Shown: positions 49,960-58,947, counted from the first letter of the stretch. The stretch: DNA of 64,000 nt from an uncultured Acidobacteriota bacterium (GCA_963742245.1 CAVULG010000007.1:1003834-1067833), one strand, 5' to 3'. Notes: generated by a model not told the origin, from the sequence alone. Made by a program: numbers and translations.

Positions 49960-50195
49960 GCGCGCGTACAGGGCGCGCGTGGGCCCTTTGGTGACGAGAT
50001 CGATGACGCCGATTCGGAGCTTACGCGCAGGGCCTACGATGGCAACTCCTTGGAACGGCTCATTGATACCTCCGCGGTTCTCACTGGCGACCCCAGCCCC
50101 GCAGCACGAGAGCGAGCCGACTCGCGCTCGTCCATCCTATGACAAACCGGGAGCTGCTTCCTCGGCCCTCGAAGGGACCGCCGCGGGCCGACGGT

Positions 50196-50271
50196 TGGCT
50201 GTGGGGGGTGGACTCGAACCACCGACCTTCCGGTTAACAGCCGGACGTTGTACCAGCTCAACTACCCCACA
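50196..50271 (-). tRNA. tRNA-Asn(GTT): tRNA-Asn (anticodon GTT), CCA encoded
   Basis: The manual cloverleaf is as follows. Acceptor TGTGGGG/CCCCACA, D stem GTTG/CAAC, and anticodon stem TCCGG/CCGGA with loop CTGTTAA. The variable region is AGGTC, the T arm is GGTGG-TTCGAGT-CCACC, and the discriminator is G followed by CCA. Confidence 0.9.
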
Positions 50272-50284
50272 GCAGCGAGAACCA

Positions 50285-51142
50285 TCATACCGGCGGGAGG
50301 AACGCGACGACCCGCGACGCGAGCGGCTCCGGGATCGCCCGAAGCGCCTCGCGGATCTCCTCGACCCGGTAGCGCTGCGAGAAGTGCGTCAAAACGAGGG
50401 CCTCGTTTTCGAAGTGATCGGCGCGGGCGAGGATGTCGTCGAGATGGATGTGGGCGTACTCGCGCGCCCGCGAAACGTCCTCGGGCAGCACGAACGAGCA
50501 CTCGAGCAGGAGCACGCGCGCGCGCAGGATCTCCGGCGCTGCGTCGAAGATCTCTTCCCCGCAGTCGCCGGGGTACGCGAGGAGGGGAACCTCCTCGCGG
50601 CGTGTGACCGTCACGCCGCGCCGCCGCAGGTCCGCGATCTCCTCGCCGGGCTTTCCGGCGAGCTCCTCGAGGAGCTTCTGCTTCACCTCCGAAAAGAGGT
50701 AACCCACGGTCGGCACGCGGTGGCGGCCGGGCAGGATCGTCAGCTCGAGGTCGTTGCGGAACGCAAACCGCTGTCCCGGCGAGGCTGCAACGAGCTCGGT
50801 ACCGTAGTCGATTCTCTCGAGACGTTCGCAGGCCGCGATCCAGATGGCGACGTCGGGAGCCGCCTCCGCGGGAACGAACACGCGCGCGGGCGGAAGTGCT
50901 GCCAGACGCCGCCGCGAGGCGTGGTGCGCAAGCCCCGCCATGTGGTCGAGGTGGCCGTGCGTTACGCAGACGTTGGCGTAACCGACCGTGTCCTCGGGCG
51001 CGCGGCCGAACTCGAGCAAGGTCCGGAAACCCGGCAGCTTGTAGAACGACTCGTGCCCCGCGATCGAGACGCCCTCGATCGCGATGCCGGCCGCGTCGAC
51101 GGCGACCCGCCCTCGCCCGCCCGGGTAGTCCGTCAGCCCCAC
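50285..51142 (-). CDS. MBL-fold metallo-hydrolase (RNase Z/ElaC-like short form)
   Basis: It has the motif VTHGHLDHMAG (HxHxDH) plus downstream His/Asp ligand positions, and a GTG start. Confidence 0.8.
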   Translation of the reverse strand: MGLTDYPGGRGRVAVDAAGIAIEGVSIAGHESFYKLPGFRTLLEFGRAPEDTVGYANVCVTHGHLDHMAGLAHHASRRRLAALPPARVFVPAEAAPDVAIWIAACERLERIDYGTELVAASPGQRFAFRNDLELTILPGRHRVPTVGYLFSEVKQKLLEELAGKPGEEIADLRRRGVTVTRREEVPLLAYPGDCGEEIFDAAPEILRARVLLLECSFVLPEDVSRAREYAHIHLDDILARADHFENEALVLTHFSQRYRVEEIREALRAIPEPLASRVVAFLPPV

Positions 51143-51174
51143 GCGGGCAGGCTAATGCAGGCCGGACCGAAGCC

Positions 51175-54100
51175 CTACGGAATCTCGAATGCCTTCACGA
51201 AGAAAGTCGCGAGCTGCTCCCGGCGCACTCCGTCGGTCGGGCAGAAACGGCCGCCGCCGCAGCCGGCGGTGATTCCCGACGCCGCGAGCGCGTTGATCCA
51301 ATCGACGTAAGGGCCTCCGGGACAGGGCACGTCGGAAAAGACCGTCCCCTGGCATGGCGGCGGCGCATATCCCCCCACGTGCGTGCGCTTCAAAAGCAGA
51401 ACGGCCAGCTGCGCCCGCGTCAAAGGCTGCGCCGGGCAGTAGTTGCCGCCGCCGCAGCCGGCGATGAGGCCCGTCCCGTAGATCGAGTTGATCCAGTCGA
51501 CGAACGGGCCTCCGGGACACGGGACATCCTGGAACACGGTTCCGCTGCAGGACGGGGGCACGTACGTGCCGTTGTAACCCTTGGAGAAGAAGACCGCCGC
51601 CTGCCCGCGCGTGACGAGCGCCGCCGGACAGAAGGACGCGACGCCGCAACCCGCGCTCATCCGGTCGCGGAAGAACCGGGCGATGTCGTCATGATGCGGA
51701 TTCGAGCCCGGCACATCGAGGAAGTCGGTGACCCAGACCGCGGGCAACGTGGCGAACAAGCCGCCCGGGTTCGTCACGGTCAGGTCGTAGAGCGAAGCCG
51801 GCGCAAGAGGCGGGGTCGAGATCTGGATGCGGGTGGAATCGAGAACGTCGCCGGAGGCGTCGGCGCCTCCGAGCGTGGCGGTGGCACCGGTCAGGAAGAA
51901 GGCACCCGTCACGGTCGATTCGGTTCCTCCCGCTGCAGGGCCCGAGAATGGCCCCATTCCCTGAATCACCGGCTGTGGTGTCCGCGTCGGCGTGTTGGTG
52001 GCGGTGATGCGCCCGCCGGTGCGGGTCTGGGTCGGGGTCGGGCCGGTCGGCGTCGGCGAAGGCGTGATCGTGGCGGTCCGGGTGGCGCTCGGCAAGCTGG
52101 GTGTCGGCGACGGCACTCCGTCCGCGGCGATGCGGGCCACGAACGCATCGTGGCCGCCCTGCTGCTCGAGCCCGGGGCCGACGAGCGGGAGAAAGGTCGC
52201 GGCCGACGACGTGGTGTAGCCCGCGACGTAAGCGTCGCCCGACGCGGCGACGGCGACCGCGGTCGCTCCGTCGAAGCCCTCGCCCCCGATGAATCCGCAG
52301 TAGTCGACGGACGCACCGCTCGCGGCAATCCGTCCGACGAATGCTTCGGACTGTCCGTTGGAGGTCAGACGCGGACCCGAAACGACGGCAAAGGCGGGAT
52401 CCCAGGTCATCCCGGCAAAGACGGCGCGTCCGGCGGCATCGACCGCCAAGCCGTTGCACTCAGCGCCCGCGCCGCCGCCGATGTAACCGCAGTAGGCCAG
52501 GGCGGCTCCCCCGGGCTGGATCTTCGCCACGAAACCAAGGTCTCCAAAGCTCGATGTCGTGAGGGAAGGCCCCACGACCACCGGGAAGGAATCCTCCCTC
52601 GAGCTCGTGGTTCCGCCGACATAGGCGGCTCCGGCGCCATCGACGGCGATTCCGTAAACGTAGTCTTGGCCCGTCCCGCCGATGTAGCCGCAGTAGTCGA
52701 GGCCGGTCCCGGTCGCGTTCACGCGAGCGACGAAGGCGTCGGCCGGACCGGGTTGATGAGACACGAGCGCCGGCCCGACGACAACCGGGAAGGTCGCTTC
52801 GCTCGACGTCGTCGACCCCCCGACGTAGGCGTTTCCGTCACCATCGACGGCGACGGACTCCGCGAAATCCCCATCCTCCCCGGCGATGTAGCCTGCGTAG
52901 ACGAAGCCAGTGCCATCCGCCTTCACCTTCGCGATGAAGGCGTCAACATCACCCCCGTTCGTCAGGCTCGGACCCACCTCAGCAGGAAAGCCCGGGTTCC
53001 CAAAAGCGTTCGGATTGGTGGTGCCAACGACGTACGCATGCCCTTCCGAGTCCACGGCGACAGCATCTGCCCCGTCGCCGCCCGTGCCGCCGATGAACCC
53101 CGAGTACTCGAGCGTCGTTCCCGAGAAACTCAGCCGCGCGACAAAGGCATCGCCTCCCCCTCCGCAGGTCGTCTCGGGCCCGACCGTGGTCGGAAAGCCC
53201 GTTCCGCAGTAGGTGCTCCCGGTGACGTACGCCCGACCCAGGGCATCCACTGCCACCCCCGAGGCGTCGTCATTCCCGATACCACCGAGGTAGCCGCAGT
53301 ACTCGAGCCCGCTTCCGTCGGCCCGGATCTTCGCGACGAAAGCATCGTCGTAGCCTCCGTTGAACGTGAGGTCCGGCCCGACGTCGACCGGCATGCCGGC
53401 GGCATTCGAGTGTCCCGCGACGTACGCATTGCCCTGGGCATCGACCGCGATCGCCTCTGGAACGTCCGCGCCCGGCCCGCCGATGTATCCCGCATACACG
53501 AAGATCGCCGGGTCGATGACGAGCTCGCGGCCGTGGTCATACGGTCCGACGTCGAATCGGACGCGCTTCGACTCCGGATCGAGCGCGTAGGCGACCGTGA
53601 CGGCCCGCCGTGTTCCGCCGACTTCCTGAAAGGCGACGGGACGGTCTTCGAAGAAGCCACCCGCCGGTGTCCGCACTTCGAGACGCCCGCCCTCGTCGAC
53701 ACGCACCTCCTGTGCGCCGTGGTAGTCGATTCCGATCGTGTCCGGATCGCTACCGGCAGCGACGGTGAACGTGGCCTTGAGGCGGCGATCGTCGCCGGTA
53801 TATTCGAGGTCGATGCCCGGCCAGAGCCCCCGGTACCGGATGGCCGCATAGGCGGGGACACCGGTTGCCCAGCTTTCGCGCGGTCCGCGAAAGTAGCTCA
53901 CGGCGCTCGTCGATCGACCGACCGGCTCCCAGGCGCCCCTCCGGGCGCCGACGAACTCGGTCTTGACGGCCCATCGCTTGGCCGGGCTGTCCTTACGGCT
54001 CGCCGGGATCACGGTGCGATCCCGGTCGGCTGGCTGGTGAGAAGCGTCCGTCAGAGCAAATACAACCCCGTCCGAACCGAAAAAGACCGAAGTGTTCAGA

Positions 54101-54324
54101 CCCTGGACCGCGAAGGCCGCACGCGGATCGAGCTGGCCGCGATTCGCGACGAATGCCAGAGGAACTGGCTGGCGCGGCAGCGCCGTCGCGCGGGCACGAA
54201 TCGCACTGGCCGAGGCTTGCGGAAGGCGCGCATCACGGCGATCAGCACGACGAGCGTCCCACAGGACCAGACACGCGAGCGCTCCGAGCGCGACCAGGGT
54301 TCGTACGTGAACCGAACGTCCCAC
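51175..54324 (-). CDS. 1049-aa secreted SBBP beta-propeller-repeat protein with an IPT/TIG domain and the triple Cys-SLH-like cassette
   Basis: The N-terminal PLAFVANRGQLD...region is DUF7948-like. It has many Y.GYIGG.G.D.a.aiAVD..GnAYV.G.T repeats (SBBP) and a Thr/Pro linker. An IPT-like segment follows, then three repeats ending FFVKAFEIP. Confidence 0.85.
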   Translation of the reverse strand: MGRSVHVRTLVALGALACLVLWDARRADRRDARLPQASASAIRARATALPRQPVPLAFVANRGQLDPRAAFAVQGLNTSVFFGSDGVVFALTDASHQPADRDRTVIPASRKDSPAKRWAVKTEFVGARRGAWEPVGRSTSAVSYFRGPRESWATGVPAYAAIRYRGLWPGIDLEYTGDDRRLKATFTVAAGSDPDTIGIDYHGAQEVRVDEGGRLEVRTPAGGFFEDRPVAFQEVGGTRRAVTVAYALDPESKRVRFDVGPYDHGRELVIDPAIFVYAGYIGGPGADVPEAIAVDAQGNAYVAGHSNAAGMPVDVGPDLTFNGGYDDAFVAKIRADGSGLEYCGYLGGIGNDDASGVAVDALGRAYVTGSTYCGTGFPTTVGPETTCGGGGDAFVARLSFSGTTLEYSGFIGGTGGDGADAVAVDSEGHAYVVGTTNPNAFGNPGFPAEVGPSLTNGGDVDAFIAKVKADGTGFVYAGYIAGEDGDFAESVAVDGDGNAYVGGSTTSSEATFPVVVGPALVSHQPGPADAFVARVNATGTGLDYCGYIGGTGQDYVYGIAVDGAGAAYVGGTTSSREDSFPVVVGPSLTTSSFGDLGFVAKIQPGGAALAYCGYIGGGAGAECNGLAVDAAGRAVFAGMTWDPAFAVVSGPRLTSNGQSEAFVGRIAASGASVDYCGFIGGEGFDGATAVAVAASGDAYVAGYTTSSAATFLPLVGPGLEQQGGHDAFVARIAADGVPSPTPSLPSATRTATITPSPTPTGPTPTQTRTGGRITATNTPTRTPQPVIQGMGPFSGPAAGGTESTVTGAFFLTGATATLGGADASGDVLDSTRIQISTPPLAPASLYDLTVTNPGGLFATLPAVWVTDFLDVPGSNPHHDDIARFFRDRMSAGCGVASFCPAALVTRGQAAVFFSKGYNGTYVPPSCSGTVFQDVPCPGGPFVDWINSIYGTGLIAGCGGGNYCPAQPLTRAQLAVLLLKRTHVGGYAPPPCQGTVFSDVPCPGGPYVDWINALAASGITAGCGGGRFCPTDGVRREQLATFFVKAFEIP

Positions 54325-54363
54325 GCGGCCTCCTCCCGAAACGGCCCGCTGCCGATCCGGCGA

Positions 54364-54513
54364 TCAGCGAGAAATTGAAACTTCGGAATTCGGCGAGCGA
54401 CCCCGAGCCTGATTCTCGATCGAATTCAGCGCGATCGAGGCCGCCGCGGCCCAGATCGCTGCGGCCAGCGCCAGCGCCGCCGCTATCTTCAAGGACCATC
54501 CTGCTCGTGACAT
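54364..54513 (-). CDS. Possible 49-aa small membrane protein upstream of the SBBP gene
   Basis: ATG at 54513 is preceded by GGGAGG. It has one hydrophobic helix (LKIAAALALAAAIWAAAASIAL). It is below the ORF-track size cutoff and there is no other support. Confidence 0.25.
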   Translation of the reverse strand: MSRAGWSLKIAAALALAAAIWAAAASIALNSIENQARGRSPNSEVSISR

Positions 54514-54679
54514 CGTCGCCTCCCGGCGACACTAAGCGCAATGCCCGTACCAATCCGCCTGCGCGCCTGCAAATCGCAACAATTCAGCAAGTTGACTCAA
54601 CGGCGACACGGACAACCGAGCGTCCAGTACCGCCGAGTGTAACGAACAGTGACAGGGCGCGGGCATTACCCTATCGCCC

Positions 54680-55720
54680 GTGCGCGTCGACCTCTTCGAC
54701 TACGACCTGCCTGCGGACCGCATCGCGCAGGAACCGCGTCTGCGCGGCTCGAGCCGGTTACTCACGCTCGACCGCGCGACCGGAGCGATCGCGCACCGCA
54801 AGATCGCCGACCTCCCGGAGCTTCTCCGCCCGAACGATCTGCTCGTCCGCAACGACGTGCGCGTGCGTCCGGCGCGGCTCTACGGCCGCGACGCGCACGG
54901 CCGCCTCGTCGAGATCTTTCTGCTCTCCCGGATCGACGGCGATCCGTCGCGCTGGCACGCGCTCGCGAAGCCCGGCCGGCGCGCCAGAGCCGGGACACGC
55001 ATCGCATTCGATGAAGGCCTCACCGCCGACGTCGTGGAGGTCGCCGCAGACGGAAGCCGCGAGGTGCGCTTCGACCGTCCGCTCGACGACGCGATCCTCG
55101 GACGCATCGGACACACTCCCCTGCCGCCGTACATCCGACGGGATCCCGGCGCCGCCGACCGTCCCTCGGATCGCGACGCCTACCAGACGGTCTTCGCGCG
55201 CGAACCGCTCGCGGTTGCCGCGCCGACCGCGGGCCTCCACTTCACCGAGGAGATCCTGTCGGCCATCCGCGCCCGCGGCGTCGCGATCGCCGACCTGACG
55301 CTCGCCGTGGGAGCGGGCACCTTCAAGCCCGTGACGGCGGAGGACACCGACGCGCACGTGCTGCCGCCCGAGGACGTCGCGATCCCCCAAGGGACCCGAT
55401 CCGCAATCGCGCACGCGAAGGCGGAGGGCCGCCGCGTCGTCGCCGTCGGCACGACCGTTGCCCGTTCCCTCGAAGCCGCCGCGCGATTGCCGGATGCCGG
55501 CCTTGCGGAACAGCGCTTCGCCACGGACGTCTTCATCACCCCGGGCTTCGAATTCCGGGCCGTCGACGCGCTCCTGACGAACTTCCACCTCCCCCGCTCG
55601 ACCCTCCTGATGCTCGTCTCGGCCTTCGCGGGACGGGAGTCCATCCTCGCGGCCTACACCGAAGCCGTGCGCGAGGGCTACCTCTTCTATTCCTTCGGCG
55701 ACGCGATGCTGATCGGGTGA
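54680..55720 (+). CDS. queA: S-adenosylmethionine:tRNA ribosyltransferase-isomerase
   Basis: It is a full-length QueA pattern: FDYDLP..IAQEP, PLPPYI, YQTVFA, PTAGLHFT, VGAGTF, GTT..R.LE and LLTNFH.P.S.L..L. Confidence 0.95.
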   Translation: MRVDLFDYDLPADRIAQEPRLRGSSRLLTLDRATGAIAHRKIADLPELLRPNDLLVRNDVRVRPARLYGRDAHGRLVEIFLLSRIDGDPSRWHALAKPGRRARAGTRIAFDEGLTADVVEVAADGSREVRFDRPLDDAILGRIGHTPLPPYIRRDPGAADRPSDRDAYQTVFAREPLAVAAPTAGLHFTEEILSAIRARGVAIADLTLAVGAGTFKPVTAEDTDAHVLPPEDVAIPQGTRSAIAHAKAEGRRVVAVGTTVARSLEAAARLPDAGLAEQRFATDVFITPGFEFRAVDALLTNFHLPRSTLLMLVSAFAGRESILAAYTEAVREGYLFYSFGDAMLIG

Positions 55721-55756
55721 TCGTTTGACCGCGCGCCCGATACAATCGAGCCGTTC

Positions 55757-57193
55757 ATGAAGGGCGCGGCCCGCGGGCTCGGGTACCCGGCCTCCGTTCT
55801 CGTCGTCGCGGCGACGGTCGGACTGCTGAAGCTCCTGCCCGATTTGGCGGAGGCCTCGGCCGCACTGCTGCTTCTGCTCGCCGTCTTCCTCTGCGCCTCG
55901 GTCTGGCAGAGCGGCCCCGGCGTCGTGGCGGCACTTCTCGCGACAGCCGCGTTCAACTACTTTTTTCTGCCGCCGCTCCACACCTTCACCATCCACGACC
56001 CGCGCAACGTCGTCGCGCTCTTCGTCTTTCTGGTGTCGGGACTGCTGATCGGCAGACTGTCCGCGCTCGCCCGACGGCGCCTGGCCCTGCTCGAGGCCGA
56101 GCGGCGCGATCTGCTGGCGCTGACGCAGCTCTCCCAGGGCTTCCTCTCGGACACGAACCGCGAGACGCTCGTCGGCGTCGCCGCGGATCGCCTCCGCCAG
56201 GCCCTCGACGGCGCGCAGGTCGGCATCCTGCTCGCGGACGAGAAGGGCGCGCTCTCGCAGCGCATCGAGACGACGCCGATCGCGTACCGCGAGGACATCG
56301 CGGAGCTCGCGTTCCGACAGGGCAACTCCGCGGCATTTCCGTCCGAGCTCGGCGGAACCGACATCTACCTGCCGATTCCCGTCGGCGTCCAGCGGGCGGG
56401 CGTGCTCGTGGCGCGCGGCCTCCGCACGAGCGAGCGGATGGCCGAGGCCTGCGCGCTCCTTCTGGGGCTCGCCGTCGAACGCGAGCGCTTCCTGCGGCTG
56501 GCGCGCGCCGCGGAGGAGACGCGGACGAGCGACCAGATGAAGTCGACGCTGCTCGCGCAGCTCGCCCACGACCTGAAGACCCCGGTCGCTGCCGCTCGCG
56601 GGGCGATCGAGAACTGGGAGGCGGGCGCCGGCGCGTCCGAAGGCTCGGCGCTGGCGCGCGAGCAGCTCGCGACCCTCGACCGGCGCCTGACCGAGCTCAT
56701 GGAGGTCGTCCGTCTCGACTCCGGCGCCGCGCGGCCGCATCCGGAGCGCGTCGCCTGCGGCGAGATCGTCGAAGCGGCCGTGGCGCGCTTCGGCGACGCC
56801 CTCGCGGCCCACACGCTCTACCTCGAACCGCCGGCCGAGGGACTGACCGTCGAGGTCGACCCCGCCCAGGTCACCGAAGCGCTGGGTCACGGTCTGGAGA
56901 ACGCCGCGCGCTACTCGCCCGAGGGGACGACGATCCACGTGGGCGTCGAGACCGACGCGCGCGAGGTCTTCTTTCGCGTGTCCGATCAGGGTCGCGGCGT
57001 CCCGCCCGCGGACCGCGAGCGCGTCTTCGAACGGTTCGTCCGGCTGGAGGACACGCGCGCGCAGCCCGGCAGCGGGCTCGGGCTCTTCATCGCGAGAAGC
57101 CTCGTCGAATTGAACGGCGGGCGACTCCGCCTGGCGGAGGCCGAGGGCGGCGGCGCGCTCTTCGAGATCGCGTTTCCCAGGGCGAGCGCGTGA
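55757..57193 (+). CDS. Sensor histidine kinase with a DUF4118 membrane domain (KdpD C-terminal-half type), lacking the KdpD N-terminal/Usp domains
   Basis: It has a four-TM DUF4118-like N-terminus (FNYFFLPPLHTFTI), the H-box LLAQLAHDLKTPV, and HATPase motifs (DQGRGV, GSGLGL). It overlaps the downstream regulator gene by 4 nt. Confidence 0.85.
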   Translation: MKGAARGLGYPASVLVVAATVGLLKLLPDLAEASAALLLLLAVFLCASVWQSGPGVVAALLATAAFNYFFLPPLHTFTIHDPRNVVALFVFLVSGLLIGRLSALARRRLALLEAERRDLLALTQLSQGFLSDTNRETLVGVAADRLRQALDGAQVGILLADEKGALSQRIETTPIAYREDIAELAFRQGNSAAFPSELGGTDIYLPIPVGVQRAGVLVARGLRTSERMAEACALLLGLAVERERFLRLARAAEETRTSDQMKSTLLAQLAHDLKTPVAAARGAIENWEAGAGASEGSALAREQLATLDRRLTELMEVVRLDSGAARPHPERVACGEIVEAAVARFGDALAAHTLYLEPPAEGLTVEVDPAQVTEALGHGLENAARYSPEGTTIHVGVETDAREVFFRVSDQGRGVPPADRERVFERFVRLEDTRAQPGSGLGLFIARSLVELNGGRLRLAEAEGGGALFEIAFPRASA

Positions 57194-57870
57194 GCCGCAT
57201 TCTCGTCGCCGACGACGAGCCCGCGATTCGCAAAGTCGTCCGGGATGCGTTCGAGCGCGCGGGGCACGAAGTCGCCGCGGCGATCGACGGGCAGGAGGCT
57301 CTGGAGGCCTTCGAGAAGGCCGGCGCGGATCTCGTCGTGACGGACCTCGCGATGCCGCGGCTCGGCGGCCTCGAGCTCGTGCAGGAGATCCGGCGGCGCT
57401 CGCCCGTTCCGATCCTGGTCCTCACGGTGCGCAAGGAAGAACGCGAAAAAGTGCGCCTGCTCGATGCGGGCGCTGACGACTTCGTCACGAAGCCCTTCGG
57501 CGTGGCCGAGCTGCTCGCCCGGGCGCGCGCGCTCCTCCGGAGGCGCGAGGCAGCGAAGAGTCCGGGCGTCACGCGCTGGGGCGACATCGAAGTGGAGCCG
57601 GAGGCGCGCGCGATCCGCAAGGCCGGGCGCCCCGTCCACCTCACGCCCCTCGAGTTCTCGATCCTGCTTGCGCTCATGAGCAAGCCCGGGGCGGTCTGGA
57701 CGCACCGGCAGCTGCTCGCGGCCGTCTGGGGGACGACGGCCGGCGTCACCAACGACACGCTCCGGGTCCACATGGGAAGTCTGCGGCGCAAGCTCGAGGA
57801 CGACCCGAACCGGCCGCGCTGGTTTCAGACCGAACCCTGGGTGGGCTACCGCTTCTCGCCCGACGCCTAG
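57190..57870 (+). CDS. kdpE: OmpR-family response regulator, likely KdpE
   Basis: It has a receiver domain (ILVADDEP...VVTDLAMP) and a winged-helix domain (LTPLEFSILLALMSKPG...WVGYRF). It is adjacent to the DUF4118 kinase and the kdp structural genes. Confidence 0.75.
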   Translation: MSRILVADDEPAIRKVVRDAFERAGHEVAAAIDGQEALEAFEKAGADLVVTDLAMPRLGGLELVQEIRRRSPVPILVLTVRKEEREKVRLLDAGADDFVTKPFGVAELLARARALLRRREAAKSPGVTRWGDIEVEPEARAIRKAGRPVHLTPLEFSILLALMSKPGAVWTHRQLLAAVWGTTAGVTNDTLRVHMGSLRRKLEDDPNRPRWFQTEPWVGYRFSPDA

Positions 57871-58126
57871 GCACCTCGGCGCGCTCCGTCTTCCGCGTTT
57901 CTTTCGGCAATCCTCCGGACTTCTTTTCGCCCGGGGCGGGATGCTCCTGCCATGGCAAACAGGTCGAAGGCCATCGCAACGGCGGTCGCGGCCTTCGGAC
58001 TTCTCTTCGCTGGCGGCGTTCTCGGTTCGCTCGACCCGGCCCACGAGCTCGGGCTGGTCCTCGGAGGCTTTCTCGGCTACGTGATCTGCGGAGCCCGCGC
58101 GATGGCGCTCTGGCACGTCGGCGACG

Positions 58127-58834
58127 GTGTGTTCGAGCGGCGCCGGCACGCGCGCCGGCGTGGCCGTGGCCGCCGTGGCCTTCACCGCCGTGGCCTCGGC
58201 GGCCTCCGCACAGCAGACGATCTTCAACGTCCCCTCGGCCGATGTGCTCGAACCGGGCAAGGTCTATCTCGAGGTCGACGAGCTCTTCCGGCCGACCGAT
58301 CCCGAGTTCTCTTCGACGACTGTTCGCGGGGTGTTCGGCGTCCTGCCGCGCATGGAAGCGGGCGTCAACTTCGGAGGCCTGAACGCTCCCGGGCCGGTGA
58401 TTCCGACCGCGACGGTCGCCGTGAAGATTCAGCCCGTGCGCATCGGCGAGTTCGCCCTGACGGCGGGCGGCAACGGCCTCTTCTTCCTGAAGGGAAGCCA
58501 GGACGGCAACCCGGCGGGTCTGGGATACGGCTTCGCGTCCTACCGCATCCCGAAGCTCGGGACGCGCATCGAGCTCGGTGGCTGGTACTCGTCGGCCGGC
58601 TATGCGCTGCCGCGGAGCACCGGCGGGGCCCTCGCGACCTTCGAGCAGCCGCTCCGTGGGTCAAGGGCCTCACCGTCGCCGCGGACTGGTGGAGCGGCGA
58701 GAACTCCATCGGCTACGTCAGCCCGGGCCTCATCTACGCGCTTCGGAAACTGGACCGCCTACGCCGCCTACTCGATCAAGAACGGCGATTCGCGCGGCAA
58801 CGGCGGCCTGATCGAGCTCGGTTACCTCTTCTGA
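58127..58834 (+). pseudogene. Porin-like outer-membrane beta-barrel protein upstream of kdpF/kdpA, broken by 2 frame switches
   Basis: It has a signal-like N-terminus (...AVASAASAQQ), and alternating amphipathic strands that end in ...GNGGLIELGYLF with a C-terminal Phe. The segment VKGLTVAADWWSGENSIGYVSPGLIYA lies in another frame (about 58645-58745). Confidence 0.5.
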
Positions 58835-58850
58835 TTCGAAGGAGGCCGAA

Positions 58851-58934
58851 GTGCTGGACCTGGTTTTTCTCGCGGCGACCGTCGTTCTCTTCGGGCTCGC
58901 GGTCGTTTACACGCGCCGCTGCGACCGCATCTGA
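58851..58934 (+). CDS. 27-aa hydrophobic mini-protein preceding kdpF
   Basis: The GTG start is preceded by GAAGGAGG with a 5-nt spacer. The product is VLDLVFLAATVVLFGLAVVYTRRCDRI, a single TM helix. The stop lies within the SD of the next mini-ORF. Confidence 0.35.
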   Translation: MLDLVFLAATVVLFGLAVVYTRRCDRI

Positions 58935-58947
58935 GGAGGAGGCTTCG

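Noticed and set aside
50896-54378. A 1160-aa plus-strand ORF opposite the SBBP-repeat gene
   Set aside because: It is an Arg/Gly/Asp-rich antisense shadow. The minus-strand frame has a signal peptide, SBBP repeats, an IPT domain and the conserved C-terminal cassette.
57952-58130. An ORF start at 57952 (MANRSKAIATAVAAFGLLFAGGVLGS...) as a small membrane protein or as the true N-terminus of the porin-like gene
   Set aside because: The frame runs on for 361 codons only because stops are rare. Past about residue 60 it becomes Arg-rich nonsense, and it overlaps the porin-like frame. I could not decide between a real mini-gene, a further frameshift or noise, so I did not annotate it.
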